DNA of 35,198 nt from Candidatus Sherwoodlollariibacterium unditelluris (lineage in GTDB: Bacteria; Omnitrophota; Gorgyraeia; Gygaellales; Profunditerraquicolaceae): contig PCRK01000167.1 of assembly GCA_002771995.1 (NCBI GenBank), forward strand, positions 1 through 35,198, read 5' to 3'. The notes under the pieces are model-generated. The model was given only the letters and a program-made list of their open reading frames with translations, was not told the DNA's origin and searched no databases. Shown here piece by piece: positions 1 through 11,026 of this stretch (positions within the stretch are counted from its first letter, which is position 1; the number at the start of each line of letters is the position of its first letter). The position numbers and the translations under genes were made by a program.

Positions 1-1574
1 CTATTGCCCGTTCGTTAGTCAATGACCCCCTGATTATTTTCGCGGATGAACCCACAGGCAACCTCGATTCAAAAAGCAAAGAAGAGATCGTCGCGATCCT
101 TAAAGGTTTAAATGAAAAGGGCAAGACCATTATCATGGTGACCCATGAAAATGAAATGGCCGTGCATGCCAAACGCGTTATCCGCATGCTTGACGGTAGA
201 GTTATTTCTGATGTAAAACAAGGAGTGGTGCCGAAACTTTTCGCAGAAAGCGAAACACCCGCGCAATTCCGTTTAGCGCGGGGTGTTAGCGAGGAAAACC
301 AGGCAGATAAAATAATCGGCGTGGTATTATCAAAACAAGAGAGAAAGGCCAGGGAGATTCAAGTTTTAGAGTATCTGCAGCAGGCGGCTCAGGCAATGGT
401 ATCGCATAAAATGCGTTCTTTTCTATCCATCCTCGGAATACTGATTGGTGTTGCCGCAGTGATCGCCATGCTTGCCGTTGGGACAGGCGCAAAAGAGTCC
501 ATTGAAAAGCAGTTGGCGTCTTTGGGATCGAATCTTGTTTTAGTGATGCCGGGATCATCAAGGATTCATGGGGTATCTTCTGGGGCAGGAGGGGTGACGC
601 GTTTTACCTTCCAAGATGCCGCGGCGATTGAAAAACTTACCGATGAAGTAAAAAGGATTAGCCCCACAGTTACCGGAAGAGGGCAGTTGGTGTACGAGAA
701 TAAAAACTGGAGCACTCAAGTAGAAGGGGATGGCGTCAATTATGCCGCTATCCGCGCCGCGACTCCTATCTTGGGAAGGTTTTTCACGGACGAAGAGGTA
801 AAGAGAAGAGATAAGGTCGCGGTGCTGGGCATGACAGTAGTTAAGCAGCTCTTTGGAGATGCCAATCCTATCAGGGAGACAATAAAGATAAATCTTAGTA
901 ATTTCAAAGTCATCGGAATACTCCCTGAAAAGGGCGCAACGGGTTTTCGTGACCAGGATGATACAGTGATTATTCCTGTCACCACTGCAATGTACCGGGT
1001 TCTTGGAAAAGAGTATCTCGATTCAATTTCCGTAGAAGCAGCGAGTCCGGATGCAATAGCCAGTGCCCAGGACTCCATAACCAAGATCATTATAAAGCAG
1101 CACCATCTGGTTACGAAAGACGAACAGGACTCGTTTCAAATTCGGAATATGGCAGACATTAAAAACATGTTGGAAACTACCACTAAAACAATGTCATTAT
1201 TATTAGGTGCAATTGCGGCTATATCGCTTTTAGTAGGCGGCATAGGCATCATGAATATCATGCTTGTGTCGGTAACTGAACGCACGCGCGAAATCGGCCT
1301 GCGTAAGGCAATCGGGGCAACTAACAAAGATATCATGGCGCAGTTCCTTATTGAATCCGTATTGATGTCATTTATCGGCGGCATAACGGGAATTTTGTTA
1401 GGTGGCGGCACAGCCGTACTCATTACTCTTTTTGCCGGTTGGACCGTGAAGGTTTCCTTATCTTCCATAATTCTGGCAACAACATTTTCTCTAATTGTGG
1501 GAATAGTTTTTGGGCTTTGGCCTGCCAAAAAAGCCTCAACATTAGACCCCATTGAGACGTTACGATATGAATGA
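1..1574 (+). CDS. macB: MacB-type ABC efflux pump, fused ATPase + FtsX-type permease (5' end lies upstream of the window)
   Basis: The frame of the 135..1574 ORF stays open back to position 3. The upstream translation reads ...DPLIIFADEPTGNLD (Walker B/D-loop) and IIMVTHE (H-loop). It continues with one TM, a long periplasmic domain and an FtsX-like C-terminal TM bundle (GGIGIMNIMLVSVTERTREIGLRKAIGA). Confidence 0.85.
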   Translation, partial: IARSLVNDPLIIFADEPTGNLDSKSKEEIVAILKGLNEKGKTIIMVTHENEMAVHAKRVIRMLDGRVISDVKQGVVPKLFAESETPAQFRLARGVSEENQADKIIGVVLSKQERKAREIQVLEYLQQAAQAMVSHKMRSFLSILGILIGVAAVIAMLAVGTGAKESIEKQLASLGSNLVLVMPGSSRIHGVSSGAGGVTRFTFQDAAAIEKLTDEVKRISPTVTGRGQLVYENKNWSTQVEGDGVNYAAIRAATPILGRFFTDEEVKRRDKVAVLGMTVVKQLFGDANPIRETIKINLSNFKVIGILPEKGATGFRDQDDTVIIPVTTAMYRVLGKEYLDSISVEAASPDAIASAQDSITKIIIKQHHLVTKDEQDSFQIRNMADIKNMLETTTKTMSLLLGAIAAISLLVGGIGIMNIMLVSVTERTREIGLRKAIGATNKDIMAQFLIESVLMSFIGGITGILLGGGTAVLITLFAGWTVKVSLSSIILATTFSLIVGIVFGLWPAKKASTLDPIETLRYE

Positions 1575-2955
1575 AATAACAATCAGGGCGACGAATAAAA
1601 ATTCTATTATCATAATCTTAATTTTAGTATTATTCTCTTTCTTGATTTCAAAAGGCTATTGCGAAGAGAGTAAGGCAGGCACAAATATTTCCTTATCGCT
1701 AAAAGATTCGATTGTTATGGCTTTTAAAAATAACAAGGATATTCAGATCCAGGAGGAGGAGATAAATGCCGCTAAGGCAAACATTCTGGCAGCATACAGC
1801 CAGTTTCTGCCGAAAGTCAATTTGGATGCAGGATATACGCATAGCGGCGCAATACTGCAACTGGCGCTACCCGAATCGAAGAAAGACCCGGGTATTTTCG
1901 GCGGCTATAAAAATGATAATAGATTGAGCGTATCTATAGATGAGTCAATTTACAATGGAGGAGCAAATTTCGCCAATTTCAAGCAGGCGCAGCTGGGTTT
2001 GGAGGTTCAGGAAGAAACGCTGCATGCCCGCAAGCTGGAACTGGAATTTGAGGCCAAGAGGCTTTATTACGGCTTGCTTTTGGCTTATGAAACCGAACGC
2101 ATCGCGCAGCAATTAGTCAGCCAGGCGCAATCACATTATGAAGATGTAAAAAACAAATTTAGCCAGGGAACAGCTTCAAAATTTGACCTTCTTCAGTCAA
2201 AAGTCCAGGTTTCAAAACTAATGCCTGAGCTGGTCAAGGCAAAAAATGCCATTGATTCGATTATGGCTGATTTAAAAAAGCTGCTTTCTTTGAAGATGCA
2301 GGATTACATAACGGTAAAAGAAAAGCTGGCGTATTCGCCGATAGAAATCAACGAAGGAGAGTTCTTAAAAAATGCTTATATGAACAGGCCGGAGATGATT
2401 TTAAAATCCCTTGGCATTAATATCAGCAAATGGCAGATTGAAATGGCAAAGGCAGGAGGCCGTCTGCAGGTTAGCGCTGGACTTGATTATAGTTATAGGT
2501 CAAATAATCCGGGTAATATGTTTAATAACAGGCACAGTAATTGGAGTGCGGGCTTCAGCGTAACCATTCCCGTATTTGATGGTTTTTCTACAAAGGCAAA
2601 AGTTGAAGAGGCAAAGGCGCGTTATGCGCAGGCAGGTTTAGATAAAGAAAATTTAAGCGACCAGATAGCGGTTGACATCAAAAAGGCTTGCCTTGATTTG
2701 AATCAGGCGCTCTCGATTATTGACGCCTCGAAAGATAATATCGAAGAGGCAAAGGAGGCGTTAAAGATCGCCCAGGTAAGTTTCGATAATGGCGAAGGGA
2801 CTAATATCGATATACTGGACACGCAGGTGACTTTGAGTCAAATAGAAAAAAATTATTCGGAAGGTATTTATGATTATCTAATGGCAAAGGCATTTTTGGA
2901 GAGGTCCGTTGGTCAAGGTTTTAAAGGAGAGGAAAAAAATGAAAAAAAAGATTAG
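1567..2955 (+). CDS. TolC-like outer membrane efflux protein (OEP family)
   Basis: It has a signal-like N-terminus (IIIILILVLFSFLISKGYC) and two tandem coiled-coil-rich halves typical of OEP/TolC. ATG 1567 overlaps the macB stop; TTG 1552 is the ORF-track alternative. It sits directly after a MacB pump. Confidence 0.8.
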   Translation: MNEITIRATNKNSIIIILILVLFSFLISKGYCEESKAGTNISLSLKDSIVMAFKNNKDIQIQEEEINAAKANILAAYSQFLPKVNLDAGYTHSGAILQLALPESKKDPGIFGGYKNDNRLSVSIDESIYNGGANFANFKQAQLGLEVQEETLHARKLELEFEAKRLYYGLLLAYETERIAQQLVSQAQSHYEDVKNKFSQGTASKFDLLQSKVQVSKLMPELVKAKNAIDSIMADLKKLLSLKMQDYITVKEKLAYSPIEINEGEFLKNAYMNRPEMILKSLGINISKWQIEMAKAGGRLQVSAGLDYSYRSNNPGNMFNNRHSNWSAGFSVTIPVFDGFSTKAKVEEAKARYAQAGLDKENLSDQIAVDIKKACLDLNQALSIIDASKDNIEEAKEALKIAQVSFDNGEGTNIDILDTQVTLSQIEKNYSEGIYDYLMAKAFLERSVGQGFKGEEKNEKKD

Positions 2956-3772
2956 GATGATTATGATTATTACGCTTGCGGCAATAGTTGCACCGGCACT
3001 ATTTTTTTATATCCGCGAAAAAGAAAATGGGCACAATAAAAAGATTAAGGTTTCAGGAAACATTGAAGCGACAGATATACGCTTATCTTTTAGAGTCGGC
3101 GGCAAGATAAGCCAGCTGCTGACGGATGAAGGCAAAGTCATAAAAACAGAGGATGTACTTGCCAGATTAGAAACAGATGAGTTAACAAAGGTAAAAGACG
3201 AGGCTGAAGCATCCCTGAAAGCGGCAGAGGCTCAGTATGCGCTGGATAAGGCTGATTCTGACCGCGCAGAAAATCTTTTTCAAGCAGGTTCTATCTCCGC
3301 CCAAAAACGCGATTTCGCTAAGACAAAAGCTGACGCTGATAGAGCAAATGTCGAAGCGCTCAAGGCAATACTGGACCTGGCGAATACGAGATTGGGATTT
3401 GCGGATTTAACCTCGCCCATCGATGGCTTTGTGCTGGTGAAGAGCGCGGAAGCGGGAGAGGTTGTGCAGATGGGTTCTACAATTTTTACGGTAACTAATC
3501 TGCATGATATATGGCTGACCGCGTATATTAATGAAACCGATTTAGGCAGAGTTAAACTCAATCAGACTGCTGACATCAGAACAGATACTTATCCGAATAA
3601 AGTTTATAAAGGACGAATTTCTTTTATTTCTCAGGAAGCAGAGTTCACTCCTAAACAAATTCAGACTACCGAAGAACGGGTAAAACTTGTCTATCGGATT
3701 AAGATTAAGGTAGATAATACGAATCTGGAGCTCAAGCCCGGCATGCCGGCAGACGGATATATTATTGAATAA
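2939..3772 (+). CDS. HlyD-family periplasmic adaptor (YbhG-like membrane fusion protein)
   Basis: N-terminal TM (MKKKIRMIMIITLAAIVAPALFF after the ggagagg SD), a lipoyl-like hairpin (VSGNIEATDIRLSFRVGGKI...VLARLETDEL), a coiled coil, LTSPIDGFV and a C-terminal PGMPADGYI. The in-frame start at 2909 is less likely. Confidence 0.85.
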   Translation: MKKKIRMIMIITLAAIVAPALFFYIREKENGHNKKIKVSGNIEATDIRLSFRVGGKISQLLTDEGKVIKTEDVLARLETDELTKVKDEAEASLKAAEAQYALDKADSDRAENLFQAGSISAQKRDFAKTKADADRANVEALKAILDLANTRLGFADLTSPIDGFVLVKSAEAGEVVQMGSTIFTVTNLHDIWLTAYINETDLGRVKLNQTADIRTDTYPNKVYKGRISFISQEAEFTPKQIQTTEERVKLVYRIKIKVDNTNLELKPGMPADGYIIE

Positions 3773-3784
3773 TAATGATAAATT

Positions 3785-4516
3785 ATGATTACCATAAAAG
3801 CGCGAGGGTTAACGAGGAAATTTGATTCTGTTACTGCCGTTGATAATTTAAATCTGGAAATTGAAGAGGGGGAAATTTTCGGCCTGGTCGGGCCGGACGG
3901 CGCAGGGAAAACAACCATCATGCGGCTTTTAACGGGCATACTGGAGCCGACTTCGGGCGAGGCTTGGGTTTACGGTAAACATATTGTGAAAGAATCGGAA
4001 ACCCTCAAAGATTATATCGCCTATATGTCCCAGCGCTTCGGGCTTTATGGAGACCTGACGGTTATGGAGAATTTAAATTTTTATGCGGATATTTTTGGTG
4101 TTCCAATTAAGGAAAGAGCAAGCAGAATTGACAGACTTATGGATTTTAGCGGCCTTGCACCTTTTAAAAAGAGGCTTGCCCGGGATCTCTCCGGAGGGAT
4201 GAAACAAAAATTAGGGCTTAGCTGCGCTTTTATACATACCCCAAAGATCCTTTTTCTTGATGAACCCACCAGCGGCGTAGACCCTGTATCAAGAAGAGAT
4301 TTCTGGCAGATACTTTATCAACTCCTTAAAGAAAAAGTAACGATATTATTCTCTACCTCTTATTTAGACGAGGCAGAACGTTGTAAAAGAGTGGGTCTTA
4401 TTCATAAGGGGAAGCTCCTTAAATGCGATTTCCCCGTCAATATCAGGAAGGAACGCCAAGCAAAAACTCTGGAAGAAGCTTTTATTTCGATAATAAATGA
4501 ATATGAACCCAAATAA
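3785..4516 (+). CDS. ABC transporter ATP-binding protein (ABC-2 type, YbhF N-half-like)
   Basis: Walker A GPDGAGKTT, signature LSGGMKQKL, Walker B ILFLDEPTSGVD. Confidence 0.9.
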   Translation: MITIKARGLTRKFDSVTAVDNLNLEIEEGEIFGLVGPDGAGKTTIMRLLTGILEPTSGEAWVYGKHIVKESETLKDYIAYMSQRFGLYGDLTVMENLNFYADIFGVPIKERASRIDRLMDFSGLAPFKKRLARDLSGGMKQKLGLSCAFIHTPKILFLDEPTSGVDPVSRRDFWQILYQLLKEKVTILFSTSYLDEAERCKRVGLIHKGKLLKCDFPVNIRKERQAKTLEEAFISIINEYEPK

Positions 4517-5474
4517 CGATATCGCAGTAAGGGTTGAGAAATTAGAAAAGAAGTTTGGAGATTTTACAGCGGTTGACCGGATTAGTTTTGAAGTTAAGAA
4601 AGGCGAGATATTCGGTTTCTTAGGCCCTAACGGCGCAGGAAAATCCACGACCATAAGAATGCTCTGCGGAATTCTGACGCCTACATCCGGAATCGGGAAT
4701 GTGAGCGGTTATGATATTAACCGCCAGCAGGAATTAATAAAACAGAATATCGGTTATATGTCTCAGAAATTTTCCTTATATGAAGACTTAACTGTGGAAG
4801 AAAATATCGATTTTTACAGCGGTATTTACAAAGTTCCGAAAAAAGTAAGGAAGGCTCGCGAAGACTGGATTATCAAGATGGCAGGGATTGAGGCATTCAG
4901 GTCGCATTTAACAGGCACTCTGTCAGGAGGGTGGAAGCAGAGGCTGGCATTGGGATGCGCGCTAATTCATGAACCCAAAATAATTTTTTTAGATGAGCCT
5001 ACCTCGGGTATAGATCCTATTGCCAGGAATAATTTCTGGAAGCTGATAAAAGAAATGGCAAAACAAGGTGTTACTGTATTTGTCACCACGCATTATATGG
5101 ATGAGGCCCAGAATTGCGATCGCCTCGCGTTTATTTATAGAGGGGATATTATTGCGATAGGAACTCCGGAAGGTTTAAAAGCAGAGTGCATGAAAGAGGA
5201 TGTTTTGAGAATATCCGTGCCCAACCCTGAAGAATGGATTGAAAAATTAGAGAAGTTAGAATCCGTAAAAGAGGTGGCGCTCTTCGGCACTGTTTTACAT
5301 GGGATTGTAAAGGATGGGCGCCAAGCAACGCCGGCCATTACCAAATTATTTGCCCAGGAGGGAATTAAAGATTATTCAATAGAGAAAATCAAGGCGTCTT
5401 TAGAGGATGTTTTTGTTTCCCTTATTGAATTTTACGATGAGGCAGGAGGGTTCTGTGGACTCCGCCCCTCCTAA
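4497..5474 (+). CDS. ABC transporter ATP-binding protein (ABC-2 type, YbhF C-half-like, with C-terminal accessory domain)
   Basis: Walker A GPNGAGKST, signature LSGGWKQRL, Walker B IIFLDEPTSGID, H-loop TTHYMDE. It overlaps the preceding ATPase gene by 20 nt. Confidence 0.9.
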   Translation: MNMNPNNDIAVRVEKLEKKFGDFTAVDRISFEVKKGEIFGFLGPNGAGKSTTIRMLCGILTPTSGIGNVSGYDINRQQELIKQNIGYMSQKFSLYEDLTVEENIDFYSGIYKVPKKVRKAREDWIIKMAGIEAFRSHLTGTLSGGWKQRLALGCALIHEPKIIFLDEPTSGIDPIARNNFWKLIKEMAKQGVTVFVTTHYMDEAQNCDRLAFIYRGDIIAIGTPEGLKAECMKEDVLRISVPNPEEWIEKLEKLESVKEVALFGTVLHGIVKDGRQATPAITKLFAQEGIKDYSIEKIKASLEDVFVSLIEFYDEAGGFCGLRPS

Positions 5475-5570
5475 AATGAATTATCGATATTTTGTAAAAA
5501 ATGTAAAAAATGAATTGATTTGTATTAGATATATAACTTATTTAATTTTAATAACAGGAGGGGCGGGGTG
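5459..5570 (+). repeat. Junction palindrome, CCTCC variant: the 5' arm covers the ATPase stop and the 3' arm carries the SD + GTG of the permease
   Basis: ccgcccctcct (5462-5472; stop taa at 5472-5474) is the exact complement of aggaggggcgg (5556-5566). Pairing extends with one G-U to include GTG 5568. The AT-rich ~80-nt loop holds duplicated aaatgaatt and tgtaaaaaa, plus tttgtattaga, which also occurs in the 34231 element. Confidence 0.7.
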
Positions 5571-6698
5571 AACCTGAAAAGAGTTAGCGCCATAACCAAA
5601 AAAGAATTCATCCAGATAGTGCGCGATTACAGAAGCTTAGGGCTGGCAATTTTTAATCCCATTCTTTTACTTTGCCTGTTCGGTTTTGCCCTCTCTCTCG
5701 ATGTTAATAATGTCCCCTTAGTTATTTGGAACCAGGATAAATCGCAGGCCTCCACTGATTTTGTCATGAATTTCAAAAATTCGCAATACTTTAAAATCGT
5801 AGGTTTTCTCGATAACTATACACAACTGCAGAATTATATCGATAGAAGAAAAGCGCTTATGGCCATGGTGATACCGAAGGATTTCTCGAAATATATCCAG
5901 TCGAATCAACCGGCTCCGGTGCAGCTGTTAGTTGACGGAAGCGATTCTAACACTGCAACCATTGCCATGGGATACGTTAACTCCGTTGTAGCAAAATACA
6001 ACGTAAAATTTATCGAGGATTCCATATCAAAATTAGGTATTAACAATCTTTCACCCATAGATTTAAAACCAAGGGTTTGGTTCAACGAAGATTTAAAAAG
6101 CAAGAATTATGTTATTCCTGGCCTGATCGCCGTGATTATGATGATGATTGCTGCCCAGCTTACCTCTATAACAGTAGCCAGGGAATGGGAAAGAGGCACA
6201 ATGGAACAGTTGATTTCGACACCTATCAGGCGGGGAGAGCTTATCTTGGGTAAATTCATACCATATTTTGTGATTGGATTCTTTGATCTGTTGGTTGCTG
6301 TTACAATGGCGCAGTTTGTTTTTACGGTTCCTTTAAGGGGCAGTTTAATCTTGCTGCTTATTTTGAGCAGCATTTTTCTTGCTGGGGCATTGGCGCAGGG
6401 GTTGTATTTTTCAATTTTCGCTAAAAATCAACGCCTGGCAACGCAGCTGACACTTCTTACCACATTCCTGCCGACTTTCATGCTTTCCGGATTTGTCTAT
6501 CCAATTTATAATATGCCCAAAGTTATACAGCTAATCACCTATGTGTTTCCTGCGCGTTATTTTATTACCATACTTAAAGGAATTTATTTAAAAGGCGATG
6601 GATTGAATATCTTGTGGTTACAAGTATTGTTTTTATCACTGTTTGCGTTTATGATGATGTTTTTTGCCTATCGGCGATTTAAAAAAAAGGTTACCTGA
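5568..6698 (+). CDS. ABC-2 family transporter permease (YbhS/YbhR-like)
   Basis: GTG start preceded by an aggagggg SD. One TM, a large external loop and five further TMs. ABC-2 motif AREWERGTMEQLISTPI. Confidence 0.85.
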   Translation: MNLKRVSAITKKEFIQIVRDYRSLGLAIFNPILLLCLFGFALSLDVNNVPLVIWNQDKSQASTDFVMNFKNSQYFKIVGFLDNYTQLQNYIDRRKALMAMVIPKDFSKYIQSNQPAPVQLLVDGSDSNTATIAMGYVNSVVAKYNVKFIEDSISKLGINNLSPIDLKPRVWFNEDLKSKNYVIPGLIAVIMMMIAAQLTSITVAREWERGTMEQLISTPIRRGELILGKFIPYFVIGFFDLLVAVTMAQFVFTVPLRGSLILLLILSSIFLAGALAQGLYFSIFAKNQRLATQLTLLTTFLPTFMLSGFVYPIYNMPKVIQLITYVFPARYFITILKGIYLKGDGLNILWLQVLFLSLFAFMMMFFAYRRFKKKVT

Positions 6699-6710
6699 AA
6701 AGGTGCTTTA

Positions 6711-7838
6711 ATGTTTGAGCGTATACAGACCATCCTGATTAAAGAATTCAAGCAGGTCTTCCGCGACCCGCGGATGAAGACAATGATTTTTATTGGTCCG
6801 GTGCTCCAGGTGCTCATTTTTGGTTATGCTGCCACTACCGACGTAAAAAATATCCCCACTGCGATATATGATTTAGACAGCACTCCCGAGAGCCGCGATG
6901 TAATCAGGGCGTTTTCTTATTCAAAATATTTTAAGATAAAAAATTATGTCTATAGCGATAAAGAAGAAAAAGAATTAATTGATAAATCTTTGGTGAGTGT
7001 TGTGCTGCGTTTTAACCATGGATTTGGCCGGGACCTGGAAGGTAATAAAGGAGCGCAAATACAGCTGATCGTTGACGGGACGGATTCTAATACCGCCGGC
7101 ATCGCATTGTCTTATGCCGCTAAGATTATCCAAAAATATTCTTACTCGGTCTTACAAAACCGCGCAAATATAGTTTTAAAACAGGCGCTGGCATTTCCAA
7201 GTGTGGATTTAAGGGACCGCGCCTGGTTTAACGAGAACCTAAAGTCAAGAGATTATTTCATCCCGGGCGTCATCGCCATGTTAGTGACAGTTACTTCGCT
7301 TCTTTTGACCGCGCTAGCCATCGTAAGAGAAAAAGAGATTGGCACTATGGAACAGCTGTTGGTTAGTCCGATTAAGCCCATTGAGTTTATCCTGGGCAAG
7401 CTCGCCCCATTTGCCGTGCTCAGTTTCATCGACCTTACCTTTATCGCAGCTATAGGAGTACTCTGGTTTAAGATTCCCATAAGAGGTAGCATACTATTGC
7501 TGGTCGGTTCAACCTGTATCTATTTATTGACTACTTTGGGAGTAGGATTATTTATTTCAACCATATGTTCGACGCAGCAAGAAGCCGCGATGTCTATGGC
7601 CCTATTCTTAATGCCGGTGAATTTACTTTCGGGATTTATGTTCCCCATAACCAGCATGCCCACGGTAATGCAATATCTTACTTATCTTAACCCTTTAAGA
7701 TATTACCTAGAAATTTTAAGAGGAATATTTTTGAAAGGGATCGGCATCCGTATTCTCTGGCCGCAGATACTGGCTCTTTTGATTATAGGAACAAGCGTCA
7801 TTACTCTGAGTTCTTTAAGGTTCCATAAAAGGCTCTAA
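6711..7838 (+). CDS. ABC-2 family transporter permease (YbhS/YbhR-like), paralog of the previous gene
   Basis: Same architecture as 5568..6698. Motif VREKEIGTMEQLLVSPI. SD-like aaaggtg lies 5 nt before the ATG. Confidence 0.85.
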   Translation: MFERIQTILIKEFKQVFRDPRMKTMIFIGPVLQVLIFGYAATTDVKNIPTAIYDLDSTPESRDVIRAFSYSKYFKIKNYVYSDKEEKELIDKSLVSVVLRFNHGFGRDLEGNKGAQIQLIVDGTDSNTAGIALSYAAKIIQKYSYSVLQNRANIVLKQALAFPSVDLRDRAWFNENLKSRDYFIPGVIAMLVTVTSLLLTALAIVREKEIGTMEQLLVSPIKPIEFILGKLAPFAVLSFIDLTFIAAIGVLWFKIPIRGSILLLVGSTCIYLLTTLGVGLFISTICSTQQEAAMSMALFLMPVNLLSGFMFPITSMPTVMQYLTYLNPLRYYLEILRGIFLKGIGIRILWPQILALLIIGTSVITLSSLRFHKRL

Positions 7839-8120
7839 GTTTCAAGTATCGGTTTGTGTAACTTTTATCTTCCATTTCCTGCGTTTTCTTGCTATACTTT
7901 TTCTGGCTACCGTCAGGCCCCGTATAATCCCGTAGGGATTTTTACGGGCCAGGCCCCGCATACTACGGGGCAGGCAGGGATTTTTATCGTTGAGTTTTTC
8001 GCCACAATACTTGTCGCCACAAGACATGGCGACCTGTCGATTATTGTGGCAGGGTGAAGCCGCCTTCTTTGCGGCGGAAATCTGCGGAATCATAGAGAAA
8101 GAGCCTTAGAGAAGTCTCTC

Positions 8121-8393
8121 ATGAAAAAGTTTGCGCATGTCTATTATTCCGGCAGGGTTCAGGGGATAGGATTCAGGTTTACTGCTCAGCGTATCGCCGA
8201 AGAATTAGGTGTTTGCGGCTGGGTTAAGAATCTTGACGATGGCAGGGTTGAAATATTAGCTCAGGCAGGCGAAGACAAATTAAAAGATTTCCTTGCGCAG
8301 ATTAATAGCGCCTTGAGTAGCTATATTCAAGATATACAAACCGACTGGGGGCCTGCTACGGGCGAGTTCCGCAACTTCGGAGTAAGGTTCTAA
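8121..8393 (+). CDS. acyP: Acylphosphatase
   Basis: 90 aa with acylphosphatase signatures VQGIGFRFTAQ and GWVKNLDDGRVE. Its stop abuts the ligA ATG. Confidence 0.85.
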   Translation: MKKFAHVYYSGRVQGIGFRFTAQRIAEELGVCGWVKNLDDGRVEILAQAGEDKLKDFLAQINSALSSYIQDIQTDWGPATGEFRNFGVRF

Positions 8394-10439
<2,046 letters not shown>

Positions 10440-10531
10440 ACTGGCAAACTGTTAAACTGTCATATGGTTAAATTGTTTTTAAACAGTTTAGCAATTTAGC
10501 AGTTTAACAATAAATCTATGGGAGAATTTAT

Positions 10532-11026
10532 ATGAGAAATCATAAACTTTTGTTAATTTTTTGTTTTTTGTTTCTAGTTTTGACTTTGTTAGGTTGCGAG
10601 GCCTTCGTGCGTAAGTTTACGCGTAAATCCAAAAAAGAAAAGGCCCCGGAAGAAATGGTATTATCTCCCGAAGAGTGGAAGGGCCCTAAAATGACCAAAG
10701 AAGAGATGTACAGGCAGTATTATACCTTTTGGAAGTCTTGGCAGGATGAGCTAATCAATGCCTTATCTCAGGGTATGTCTTTAAAGAAGAGGGATGATTG
10801 CGCAGGGCAGGTAGTTAAGAATCTTTTAGGGATGAGGGCGATGTTAAATGAGACCAAGCAAAAGCAGCTGGATGTCTATTTAAAACAGGTGAATAGTTTG
10901 ACCAGCGCGATTAAATCCGATATCTATGGCGCTTCCAATAATTCTAATCGTCAAACTGCTGAGAGGGTAAGAAGAAACATATTACAGAGTTTTTCTTACG
11001 GCGATATTAAAAACGATTTAATATGA
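10532..11026 (+). CDS. Hypothetical lipoprotein
   Basis: Signal peptide with lipobox LTLLGC, a gggaga SD 6 nt upstream, and a charged, probably helical remainder. I recognise no family. Confidence 0.6.
   Translation: MRNHKLLLIFCFLFLVLTLLGCEAFVRKFTRKSKKEKAPEEMVLSPEEWKGPKMTKEEMYRQYYTFWKSWQDELINALSQGMSLKKRDDCAGQVVKNLLGMRAMLNETKQKQLDVYLKQVNSLTSAIKSDIYGASNNSNRQTAERVRRNILQSFSYGDIKNDLI

Noticed and set aside
7842-8093. 83-aa Cys- and Arg/Lys-rich ORF on the - strand (and the 67-aa + ORF 7854..8057) in the permease-acyP spacer
   Set aside because: Neither has a convincing SD. Both frames run through consecutive perfect hairpins and a diverged tandem repeat, and the two ORFs overlap antisense. A real small protein cannot be fully excluded, but I have no positive evidence for one.
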